DNA of 32,000 bases from Shewanellaceae bacterium UBA2521 (lineage in GTDB: Bacteria; Pseudomonadota; Gammaproteobacteria; Enterobacterales; Shewanellaceae): assembly GCA_002341165.1 (NCBI GenBank), contig DDNL01000049.1, positions 10,891 to 42,890 of the forward strand. The letters run 5' to 3'. Made by a program: the position numbers and the translations under genes. This document shows positions 18,462 to 27,924 of this stretch, piece after piece; the stretch's first letter is position 1, and every line of letters begins with the position of its first letter. Under the pieces are notes generated by a model. It saw nothing but the letters and a program-made list of their open reading frames with translations. It was not told the DNA's origin and did not search any database.

Positions 18462-19571
18462 CTACTTATCAGTCATATTTAAAGCTTTTAATAAAGTCTT
18501 TGTAATACAAGAACCTGCTTGCAATGTTTTTGCTTGCCCCACTGTTCCTTGCTCAAGGCTATCAGTAAAAGGTGCAATTTCCACAACGTCAGCACCTGTT
18601 ATTGTAAAGTTTTTGACTAAAGTTTCTAAGATTAAAATACAGCTATTTACATCTAAACCATCAGGCTCAGGAGTTCCTGTTGCTGACGCAATACTTTGAT
18701 CTAAAGCGTCAATATCGAAACTCACATACAACTCTTGTACGCCTGCTTTATGCAGAGCTGCACAAATTTCTTGTGCCACATATTCAGCTCCTTTTTGCGC
18801 AATGGTATGCGCCCAATACTGAGTCACACCAAATTTTCGCTCCCAAAATGATTGCTGTTGACCGCTAGCACGTATACCGAGCTGAATGAGATGAGAAGGA
18901 TGAGGTAAATCATTCAAAATATGCGTACACCAAGAGCCAAAACATAAGTCAATTCCTAAACGTTCTGTTAATAAATCTGTATGCGCATCAAAATGAATCA
19001 CTGCTGTTTGAATACCTTGAGCTTTTTTATGCTGCAAAAAAGTACGCACTAAAGGATAACTTACTGAATGATCCCCTCCTATAGCGAAAATCTTTTTGTC
19101 TGGATCACATTCATATAATCTCTGGCACACTGCTTCAGTTATAGACAGCGGACTCACAGCTAAGCCTTGTTCAACTTGATCAAAAAGTGCCTTTTGGCAA
19201 CGCCTAATCGTATCCTCATTTAAATACTTATCATGCAATAAATGAGGAATAACGCGTATATCACCTATGTCTAAATATCGCGATACATCAACTTCTTGCA
19301 AAAGTTGCAATCTGAGAAATAAAGGTCCCCAATTTGCACCACGCAAGATCCCTCCGCCATTATCAGAACACACACCAAGCATCACCACCTTTGCTTGCTC
19401 GAGCTGCTGTAATGTCTCTTGCCATAAAGCATCAATCGCTTCAGTTTGTCCATAAATAGCTTGATGCAAAACTTGCTTACGGTTACCCGCGGTGTTCACC
19501 GTGAACACACCACAGCCAGGAGGACAAAGATAGTTTTTTAAATCAGAATGATAGGGATATGTGATTTGCAT
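18462..19571 (-). CDS. Arginase/agmatinase-family Mn-dependent ureohydrolase (SpeB-like, 369 aa), substrate unknown
   Basis: All three metal-ligand motifs are intact and in agmatinase order: FAIGGDHSVSYP, IHFDAHTDL and SFDIDALD...ATGTPEPDGL. The N-terminal GxxxDxG...GANWGP motif is also present. A strong AAGGAG SD lies 6 nt before the ATG at 19571. Confidence 0.85.
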   Translation of the reverse strand: MQITYPYHSDLKNYLCPPGCGVFTVNTAGNRKQVLHQAIYGQTEAIDALWQETLQQLEQAKVVMLGVCSDNGGGILRGANWGPLFLRLQLLQEVDVSRYLDIGDIRVIPHLLHDKYLNEDTIRRCQKALFDQVEQGLAVSPLSITEAVCQRLYECDPDKKIFAIGGDHSVSYPLVRTFLQHKKAQGIQTAVIHFDAHTDLLTERLGIDLCFGSWCTHILNDLPHPSHLIQLGIRASGQQQSFWERKFGVTQYWAHTIAQKGAEYVAQEICAALHKAGVQELYVSFDIDALDQSIASATGTPEPDGLDVNSCILILETLVKNFTITGADVVEIAPFTDSLEQGTVGQAKTLQAGSCITKTLLKALNMTDK

Positions 19572-19693
19572 AAGAACTCCTTTTACTTAAAATACTGACT
19601 GAGTGTAAACACAAAGAGTAAAGTAAAACAAGATCTAAATATCGAGATAACTCATATACGAGAGAGAAAGGCAAAGAAAGGTCGGAGCAAGAT

Positions 19694-21136
19694 TCAATCG
19701 ACTTTAGTAGTTTCTCTGTCACGCATATCAGAGACCACAATGCCATATTTACGCATTTTTTCAACTAAGGTTGTACGACGCACACCAAGTAAAGAGGCTG
19801 CACGAGATACCACACCTTGTTGCTTTTCTAGAGCTTGATGGATCATTTTAATTTCAAAGTCCGCAAGAGTTTCTTTAAGATTAATACCTTCTTCAGGAAA
19901 GTCTTTACACAAAAGTACATCATGTGTTTCACCTTGATGTAAAATATCTTGTAACACATCACTTTCCAACACTTCATCGGTCGCAAGCATATCCTGACTA
20001 GATGGATCTCGGTACTGCACATATTTGAGAGGCAAGTCAGCATATTCTATCTGACCATGCGGATATAAAATCATGAGGCGTTCAATCAAGTTGGCAAGCT
20101 CTCTGACATTACCAGACCAAGTATGCTGCATCAGCGCATTCATGGCTGATTTGCCAACATAAATAGGCGACCGTCCATCTTGAACGAGGCGCTCAACAAT
20201 CAATTCTAGCAATAAAGGAATGTCCTCTTTACGATCACGCAAAGCTGGCATTTCGATAGGAAACACATTGAGCCTGTAGAAGAGGTCTTCACGGAAATCG
20301 CCTTGACTAATCATATCTTCTAAGTTGCGGTGGGTTGCAGCAATCACACGCACATCGACCGTAATAGCTTTGTTACCTCCGACGCGCTCAAACATCATCT
20401 CTTGTAAAACGCGTAAAAGTTTAACCTGCATCGACAAGGGCATATCGCCAATTTCATCGAGAAATAAGGTACCACCATGGGCTAATTCAAAGCGCCCTTT
20501 GCGCGTGCTTAAAGCACCGGTGAAAGCTCCTTTTTCGTGGCCAAAGAGTTCGCTCTCGAGTAACTCGCTAGGTATTGCGCCACAATTAACAGGAACAAAA
20601 GGACCATTACTGCGCGTTGAAAATTCGTGTATATAACGCGCAACCACTTCCTTGCCTGTTCCAGAATCACCGAGTATCAAAACGTTGGCTTGAGTCGGTG
20701 CAACTTGACAGATTAAACGACGCACAAATTCTATCGGCGCACTTTTTCCCACTAATTTTGCTTCAAGACGATCACATTGTTTAGAGTATAAAGCATCAAC
20801 CATCTGGTATTTAAATGCAGCGCACTCACGCAGTTGTGTACTGAGTTTGGAGTAGCAAAAAGGTACATCAATATAACCTAAAACATTGGGTAGCAAAGAT
20901 AATTTTTTCTGTTCGCCTACAAGCAAAATAGGCTGCTCTCGAACGCTTTGGGCTATTTGAATGAGTTCTTGCTCTGTGTATGCATCGGTTGAGATAATCA
21001 CAGCGCGCCATAAGACATGCGGCTTTAAGCTCTGGCCACATAAAACCTGTTCTTCTAAAAACTCAAGAATCACGCGCAGGGAAGCTTCACGATCTTCTTG
21101 AGCATCTAAAATAAAAATGCGATTATCTTTTTGCAT
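19694..21136 (-). CDS. flrA: Sigma-54-dependent flagellar master regulator FlrA/FleQ
   Basis: The FleQ-type N-terminal domain lacks the canonical REC acidic pocket (IFILDAQED). AAA+ domain with GDSGTGKE and the EKGAFTGA loop, plus a C-terminal HTH ([20 protein letters not shown]). GAGGAG SD upstream. Confidence 0.92.
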   Translation of the reverse strand: MQKDNRIFILDAQEDREASLRVILEFLEEQVLCGQSLKPHVLWRAVIISTDAYTEQELIQIAQSVREQPILLVGEQKKLSLLPNVLGYIDVPFCYSKLSTQLRECAAFKYQMVDALYSKQCDRLEAKLVGKSAPIEFVRRLICQVAPTQANVLILGDSGTGKEVVARYIHEFSTRSNGPFVPVNCGAIPSELLESELFGHEKGAFTGALSTRKGRFELAHGGTLFLDEIGDMPLSMQVKLLRVLQEMMFERVGGNKAITVDVRVIAATHRNLEDMISQGDFREDLFYRLNVFPIEMPALRDRKEDIPLLLELIVERLVQDGRSPIYVGKSAMNALMQHTWSGNVRELANLIERLMILYPHGQIEYADLPLKYVQYRDPSSQDMLATDEVLESDVLQDILHQGETHDVLLCKDFPEEGINLKETLADFEIKMIHQALEKQQGVVSRAASLLGVRRTTLVEKMRKYGIVVSDMRDRETTKVD

Positions 21137-21245
21137 AACTCCTCTGAACCTTTATGATGAAAAAACGACTATTCATTAAAAGTTTAGTTAGGAATTAAAA
21201 TATAACAAATGGAGGCTCTACTTTTTCCTATTTAAGGCCAACATA

Positions 21246-21995
21246 TTAATCTTTAGCTTGCCTTTGACGTACAGCTTCAAATAAACAGACACCTGTTGCA
21301 ACCGACACATTTAAACTCGAAACATGACCTGACATAGGAATAGAAATTAACAGGTCACAATGCTCTCGTGTCAACCGACGCAAACCATGACCTTCTGCAC
21401 CCATAACAAGTGCCATACCTCCAGTAAAGTTTGCTTGATATAAAGTTTTCTCAGCTTCGCCTGCTGCACCAAACAACCAAATACTGCGTTCTTGTAAGTC
21501 ACGCATTGTACGAGCAAGATTAGTCACTTGAATCAAAGGAATGGTTTCCGCTGCGCCACTGGCAACTTTACATACTGCAGGGGTTAAATTTACTGAATTA
21601 TCTTTGGGAACAATTACCGCATGCACACCCGCTGCATCAGCATTACGTAAACATGCACCTAGATTATGAGGATCCGTGACGCCATCTAAAATAAGGAGAA
21701 AAGGTTCATCCACCTCATCAAGTAGCTGAGATAAGTCATGCTCAGTCGCTATTTTGGGTGGCTGAACACGAATTAAAATGCCTTGGTGTTGTGTACTTTC
21801 TGCTTTGTCATCCATAGCTTTACGGTTCATCCATTGGGGTGTAAGACCTATAGATTGAGCTTGTTGTTGCAATGCTGAGAGCTTTTGATCCGTGCGACCT
21901 TTTAACAACCAAATATCGAGAATACGCTCAGGATGATGTTTCAAGATGGCACTCACAGCATGAATGCCATACATATAGTGGGACTGTTTTTTCAT
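21246..21995 (-). CDS. rlmB: 23S rRNA (guanosine-2'-O)-methyltransferase RlmB (SpoU/TrmH family)
   Basis: An N-terminal L30e-like substrate-binding domain ([10 protein letters not shown]) precedes the SpoU motifs ([46 protein letters not shown]). It lies immediately downstream of rnr, as in E. coli. Confidence 0.93.
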   Translation of the reverse strand: MKKQSHYMYGIHAVSAILKHHPERILDIWLLKGRTDQKLSALQQQAQSIGLTPQWMNRKAMDDKAESTQHQGILIRVQPPKIATEHDLSQLLDEVDEPFLLILDGVTDPHNLGACLRNADAAGVHAVIVPKDNSVNLTPAVCKVASGAAETIPLIQVTNLARTMRDLQERSIWLFGAAGEAEKTLYQANFTGGMALVMGAEGHGLRRLTREHCDLLISIPMSGHVSSLNVSVATGVCLFEAVRQRQAKD

Positions 21996-22004
21996 GATTC
22001 ACTT

Positions 22005-24464
22005 CTATGATGATTTACTTCTATGTTGACGTTGACGCGATGGATCAGATGAAATACGCGACTTCTTTTTTTTAGACTGCTTTGGTTTTTCAGTTTTGCG
22101 TTTTGTACTACCTTTCTTAGACTGCTTTTTCTGCGTTTTGGACTCACCTATCTCACCTCTTCGCAATCGCTCTCTTGTTGAGCCTTGAGTTTTACTCTTT
22201 GAGCTAGTCGCCGACTTCTTCTTTGAATTACTTTTTGTTGTTTTTTTCTTTGACTTTGAAGAAGCTGATTTAACTGCTTTTTTGGGCGCATCATACAAAA
22301 CAAAGTCAATCTGCTTATCATCCATATTAACTGATGATACCCGTACCTTGACAAGATCACCGACTCTAAAAGTACGACGGAATTTTTCTCCGATAAGCAT
22401 TTGTTTGAGTGGATCATACTGGTAAAAGTCATCGGTTAGTTGACTCATATGGACTAAGCCATCAATAAATAAACTATTTAAACGTGCAAAAAAACCAAAA
22501 CTCGTCACAGATGCAACTGTCGCTTCGAATTCAGCTCCAATATGATCTTGCATATAATCACATTTTAACCAATCACTTACTTCTCGCGTTGCATCATCAG
22601 CCCGACGTTCAGTCATAGAACAGTGATCACCTAAGACATCTAACTCTTCAACACTGTATAAATAGCCACCATCTGCTGTCCAATTTTCTTTCACTTCAGA
22701 CTTTTCTTTTGCCAATAAGTAACGGATAGCACGATGGAGTTGTAGATCAGGATAACGCCTGATAGGTGATGTAAAGTGCGCATACTGCTGTAAAGCCAAA
22801 CCAAAATGCCCATCGTTATCAGGCGTGTAGCGAGCTTGACGCATAGAACGCAGTAAAAGAGTTTGAATCTGCTTTTTATCCGGTCTATCTGATACTTTTT
22901 TGATCAGCAAGGCGTAATCTTTCGGTGTCGGTGCCAAACCACCTGTAAGCACCAACCCTTTCTCAGAAATAAAAGACTGGAAGGCTACAAGTTTTTCTTC
23001 TGAAGGTGACTCATGCACACGATACAAGGTCTCCGCTTTATGTTTAATAATAAATTTGGCCGCAGAAACATTCGCTAAGATCATACATTCTTCAATAATC
23101 TTATGCGCAACATTTCTGTCTCGAGGTACAATTTTATCAATACGATTAAACTCATTAAACACAAACTGCATTTCTTGTGTCTCAAAGCCAATAGCACCAC
23201 GCTCTTCTCGAGCTTTAAACAGCAGTTCATATAAAGAGCGTAAAGTTTCAAGATGTGTCAAAACAGGCTCAATATTAGCACTCACCTCACCCTCTTCGAG
23301 GGCTTGAGACACTTCTTCATAGGTTAAACGAGCATGAGAATGCATGACAGCAGGATAGAACTTAAACCGTGAAAGTTTACCTTCAGCTGAAACCGTCATC
23401 TCGCAGACCATACACAATCTATCAACATGAGGATTCAAAGAACACAGACCATTAGATAACTCTTCTGGAAGCATAGGCAAAACTTGTGATGGAAAGTAAA
23501 CCGAATTACCTCTTGCTTGTGCCTCCATATCGAGGCGCGATCCTTTCTTAACATAATGACTTACATCAGCAATAGCGACCCATAATTTAAAGCCACCACC
23601 TCGACGCTTTTCAGCATATACCGCATCATCAAAATCTCTTGAGTCACTACCATCGATTGTAACTAAAGGTAAATGACGCATATCGATACGCCCTTCTCTA
23701 TCTTTATCCGTCACGTGATCACTGAGCTGCTTTAATTGCTTCGCAATACCTGAGCTCCATGTATGAGGTAGATCATAGTGACGCAATGCAATTTCTATTT
23801 CCATGCCTGGTTTATCTTCCTTGCCTAAGATTTCTAGAATTTTTCCTTCCGCACTGGACTTATACGTTGGCCTTGTCAACAACTCAACAACAACAATATC
23901 ATCATGACGCGCTTGTAATCCTTTGAGCTTCGAGATGATAATATCTTGTGTAATGCGCTTATCTTTAGCTTGGACAAAAGCAACTTTACCATCCCGAATA
24001 TAACGCCCTACAATCGGAGTACGACGACCTTCAACCAATCTAATAATACGACATTCACGGCGACCTTTGCGATCAAAACCTTTTTGCTGTACTTGAACGC
24101 GCTCTTCATGAAAATAATAGCGCATGCACCGATGAGGAATAAACAAATCACTGGTACCGTCATCTGGCTTTAAAAAACCAAAGCCATCAGGGTGACCTAT
24201 AATTTCGCCGTCAATCAATGCCATTCTTTCGGGTAACTCATAGCCTTCTTTGCTAAATACAAGTTGACCGTCTCGCTCCATAGCGCGTAATCGACGCCTT
24301 AAAGCTTCTCGCTGCGCAGGTTCTATAATGTTTAACGCTTTAGCTATCTGATCTCGTGTTAACAGCTTTGTAGTTGAAGTCAATAATTCAAGTATAAACT
24401 CACGACTTGGTATAGGATCAATATATTTTTGTTGCTCTCTCTTAAAGTGAGGGTCTTTAGTCAT
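22005..24464 (-). CDS. rnr: Ribonuclease R
   Basis: The N-terminus MTKDPHFKREQQKYIDPIPSREFILELL parallels E. coli RNase R. Cold-shock domains, an RNB catalytic domain (DFDDAV...HFGL...YAHFTSPIRRYPDL), an S1 domain and a Lys-rich basic tail are all present. Confidence 0.97.
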   Translation of the reverse strand: MTKDPHFKREQQKYIDPIPSREFILELLTSTTKLLTRDQIAKALNIIEPAQREALRRRLRAMERDGQLVFSKEGYELPERMALIDGEIIGHPDGFGFLKPDDGTSDLFIPHRCMRYYFHEERVQVQQKGFDRKGRRECRIIRLVEGRRTPIVGRYIRDGKVAFVQAKDKRITQDIIISKLKGLQARHDDIVVVELLTRPTYKSSAEGKILEILGKEDKPGMEIEIALRHYDLPHTWSSGIAKQLKQLSDHVTDKDREGRIDMRHLPLVTIDGSDSRDFDDAVYAEKRRGGGFKLWVAIADVSHYVKKGSRLDMEAQARGNSVYFPSQVLPMLPEELSNGLCSLNPHVDRLCMVCEMTVSAEGKLSRFKFYPAVMHSHARLTYEEVSQALEEGEVSANIEPVLTHLETLRSLYELLFKAREERGAIGFETQEMQFVFNEFNRIDKIVPRDRNVAHKIIEECMILANVSAAKFIIKHKAETLYRVHESPSEEKLVAFQSFISEKGLVLTGGLAPTPKDYALLIKKVSDRPDKKQIQTLLLRSMRQARYTPDNDGHFGLALQQYAHFTSPIRRYPDLQLHRAIRYLLAKEKSEVKENWTADGGYLYSVEELDVLGDHCSMTERRADDATREVSDWLKCDYMQDHIGAEFEATVASVTSFGFFARLNSLFIDGLVHMSQLTDDFYQYDPLKQMLIGEKFRRTFRVGDLVKVRVSSVNMDDKQIDFVLYDAPKKAVKSASSKSKKKTTKSNSKKKSATSSKSKTQGSTRERLRRGEIGESKTQKKQSKKGSTKRKTEKPKQSKKKKSRISSDPSRQRQHRSKSS

Positions 24465-24493
24465 TTAATTTGCCAATCTAGAATAATATAAAC

Positions 24494-24499
24494 ATTATA
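24494..24499 (-). promoter_or_regulatory. Possible sigma-70 -10 box for rnr
   Basis: A perfect TATAAT on the minus strand 29 nt upstream of the rnr ATG, with a weak -35 (TAGGCT) at 17-nt spacing. AT-rich context, so support is weak. Confidence 0.3.
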
Positions 24500-24566
24500 C
24501 GTGTTATCATCTAACAAGCCTACATAGATTTACATTATTGCGAAAAATTCATGCCTTCAATCTACA

Positions 24567-25298
24567 TTAAAACTCATCATTAGAACGATTTTGAATTTGA
24601 TAGACCACGCTAGGTGGCAACATTTGTGCAAAGAGCGAGAGTAGCTCTTCGGATTTACGTTTCATTTTAGAAGAGTGGAAGCTGGTATGATAAAGCCAAT
24701 CATACGCTTTTGCATGATCAGCAGCATGCCCATGACCTGCCAAAAAAAGTTCAACAAGAAAAATACGACTAGGTGTACTGCCAGCTTGTGCAGCGAGATA
24801 AGCTAAGCGTACAGATTTATCATAGTTAGGGATTACAAAATCGCTATGCTGGTAATAACGCGCTAACTTCAACATCGCTTCAGGTAAACCTTGGCGTACC
24901 GCACTTCTTAACCAATGTACACCATAACTTATATTTTTTCTGATACAGACACCATAAATTAACATTTCACCCCATAAAAACTGAAATGTAGGCAGCTTCA
25001 GTACTTCAGCATTAGCGCGTATATCATCCACAATTTGGCATTCATCCCGACGAATAGCATTTAAGTGCCATTCTCTACGAATATAATTGAGCAATTCACT
25101 TTCTGTATACACATCAATGGCTTTTTTATCTTTAAAAACCACTTCAGGCGACTCTGGTTCAATAGCAGGCGGTTTACCAACACAAGATAGTGGGCACTGA
25201 TCAACTTCAACTTCAACTTCTTCAGCGAAAGCAGATGCTGTGAGCAGATAAACCAAGCTTATAATGCACATGGTTTTAGAAACGAAGCGCAATACCAT
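24567..25298 (-). CDS. motX: Secreted Sel1-like-repeat protein, recognised as MotX (T-ring component of the Na+-driven polar flagellar motor)
   Basis: Signal peptide MVLRFVSKTMCIISLVYLLTASAFA/EE. The core YTESEL...DECQIVDDIRANAEV...FQFLWGEMLIYGVCI...RQGLPEAMLKLARYY...AYDWLYH matches my recollection of Vibrio MotX (YTExEL, CQLVxDI, FLxGDML, QGLPxAL, AYxWLY). A sigma-28 promoter lies upstream, and the purA-motX-rnr neighbourhood is as I recall it in Vibrio. Confidence 0.7.
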   Translation of the reverse strand: MVLRFVSKTMCIISLVYLLTASAFAEEVEVEVDQCPLSCVGKPPAIEPESPEVVFKDKKAIDVYTESELLNYIRREWHLNAIRRDECQIVDDIRANAEVLKLPTFQFLWGEMLIYGVCIRKNISYGVHWLRSAVRQGLPEAMLKLARYYQHSDFVIPNYDKSVRLAYLAAQAGSTPSRIFLVELFLAGHGHAADHAKAYDWLYHTSFHSSKMKRKSEELLSLFAQMLPPSVVYQIQNRSNDEF

Positions 25299-25328
25299 AA
25301 AGCTTACCTCTGACGATACTTAATCAAA

Positions 25329-25355
25329 GTATCGGCTCCAAACCGGAGTTCTTAA
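25329..25355 (-). promoter_or_regulatory. Sigma-28 (FliA) class IV promoter for motX
   Basis: The minus strand reads TTAAG-N14-GCCGATAC against the consensus TAAAG-N14-GCCGATAA (4/5 and 7/8 matches, correct spacing). The -10 element ends 30 nt upstream of the motX ATG. Confidence 0.6.
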
Positions 25356-25357
25356 TA

Positions 25358-25381
25358 CAAAAAAAGCCGCTAAGCGGCTTC
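25358..25381 (-). terminator. Rho-independent terminator of purA
   Basis: The minus strand reads AAGCCGC-tta-GCGGCTT followed by TTTTTTG, about 30 nt after the purA stop. Confidence 0.8.
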
Positions 25382-25410
25382 TTGTATTTCATCAAACAAA
25401 TAGCTTGATA

Positions 25411-26730
<1,320 letters not shown>

Positions 26731-26978
26731 TTAAAGAATAATCTTGCCAGAAGAAAAACTGCTCATTTACCTCTGATAAGAAAAATATAAAATAAGGTTA
26801 AGCCATCACAACTCACACGAAATAGCTTGATCAAACATAGCTCATTTACTTAGTGGAAACTACCCACTTTGAGTAAAGCAAAGAACCATGAACCCTTTGA
26901 TCATGACAAAAGTTGCCAAACTTAAACCTATAATATGACAATCCGTGATTTTATATCCCTTTATAACGACCTGAACAA

Positions 26979-27024
26979 CAAAAAATCCAGAATACTATCA
27001 TCTCGATAGATTCTGGAATTTTTT
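26979..27024. terminator. Symmetric (bidirectional-looking) Rho-independent terminator downstream of hflC
   Basis: The plus strand reads AAAAAA-TCCAGAAT-a-CTATC-atctc-GATAG-ATTCTGGA-aTTTTTT. That is a 13-bp interrupted stem flanked by an A6 run and a T6 run, 15 nt after the hflC stop. Confidence 0.8.
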
Positions 27025-27039
27025 ACGCCAATAACACCG

Positions 27040-27921
27040 TTATTTGGTACGTCCGTCTCTATGTTTCATGAACCTGAAGAAGTCACTATCCGGTGCAATC
27101 ACCATCACATCATCTTTATTATGGAATGATGACTGATACGCATCTAAACTACGTAAAAAGCTAAAGAAATTAGGACTCTTATTATACGCTTTTGCATAAA
27201 TAGACGCAGCTTGCGCATCACCTGAACCACGAGTTGTGAGCGCTGACTTTTCAGCTTGAGCTATCATGACTGTAATGCGAGCATCAGCTTGAGCACGTAT
27301 AATTTCGGCCTGCTCTTTACCTTGTGAGCGATGCTCTTTCGCAACAGCAAGACGCTCAGCACGCATACGCTGAAAAATACTTTCACTGACTTCTCTTGGT
27401 AAGTTAATTTGTTTCACGCGCACATCAATCACAGCAATACCTAAATCTGTTGCACTATCTGATGCTGAACCTAAAGCTTCTTGCTGTAATTCATCACGGC
27501 TTCCAGAAACAATCTCGCTGATCGTACGCGAACCAAACTCACTTCGCAATCCATTATTGATCTTGCTTTGTAGCAGAGACTCGGCTGTAGCCTTGTTCCC
27601 GCCGCCTGTTGCAAGATAAAACTTTTCAAAATCTAAAATGCGCCACTTCACAAAAGAATCAACCATCAGATCTTTTTTCTCTGAAGTAATGAAGCGATCA
27701 GGCTGACCATCTAAAGTTTGTAATCGAGCATCTAGAAAACGAGGCTTATCAATAAAAGGGATTTTAAATTGAAGACCTGGTTCATATACTTTTGTTTTAC
27801 CGGCTTCTTTGACCAACTTACTGAATCGAGAAACTACGGCACGCTCACCTTCTTGTACGGTGAAAAGGCAACTAAATCCAATCAAAAGTGCCACTACAAT
27901 AAAAACATATCTAATAGGCAT
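27040..27921 (-). CDS. hflC: FtsH protease modulator HflC (SPFH/band-7)
   Basis: An N-terminal TM helix, then TVQEGERAVVSRFSKL and the SPFH domain. It follows hflK with a 3-nt gap. Confidence 0.95.
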   Translation of the reverse strand: MPIRYVFIVVALLIGFSCLFTVQEGERAVVSRFSKLVKEAGKTKVYEPGLQFKIPFIDKPRFLDARLQTLDGQPDRFITSEKKDLMVDSFVKWRILDFEKFYLATGGGNKATAESLLQSKINNGLRSEFGSRTISEIVSGSRDELQQEALGSASDSATDLGIAVIDVRVKQINLPREVSESIFQRMRAERLAVAKEHRSQGKEQAEIIRAQADARITVMIAQAEKSALTTRGSGDAQAASIYAKAYNKSPNFFSFLRSLDAYQSSFHNKDDVMVIAPDSDFFRFMKHRDGRTK

Positions 27922-27924
27922 GAC

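Noticed and set aside
19543-19764. Minus-strand 73-aa ORF bridging the flrA 3' end, the intergenic gap and the ureohydrolase 5' end
   Set aside because: It starts inside flrA in another frame and overlaps the ureohydrolase start. It has no SD, and its hydrophobic, low-complexity product looks like out-of-frame noise. The gap is better read as an untranslated linker.
20735-20750. GCCGATAG (sigma-28 -10-like) on the minus strand inside flrA
   Set aside because: There is no TAAAG-like -35 at 14-nt spacing. It is inside coding sequence about 1.1 kb from the next start codon, so it is probably chance.
22148-22432. Minus-strand 94-aa ORF inside the rnr 3' region
   Set aside because: It is an alternative frame within the Lys-rich tail-coding part of RNase R, with no independent start signals or motifs.
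24567-25298. Sel1-repeat secreted protein as a possible host-interaction or virulence effector, or a novel accessory insertion
   Set aside because: The motif pattern, the sigma-28 promoter and the purA/rnr neighbourhood fit the known flagellar T-ring protein MotX. It is therefore reclassified as a known function.
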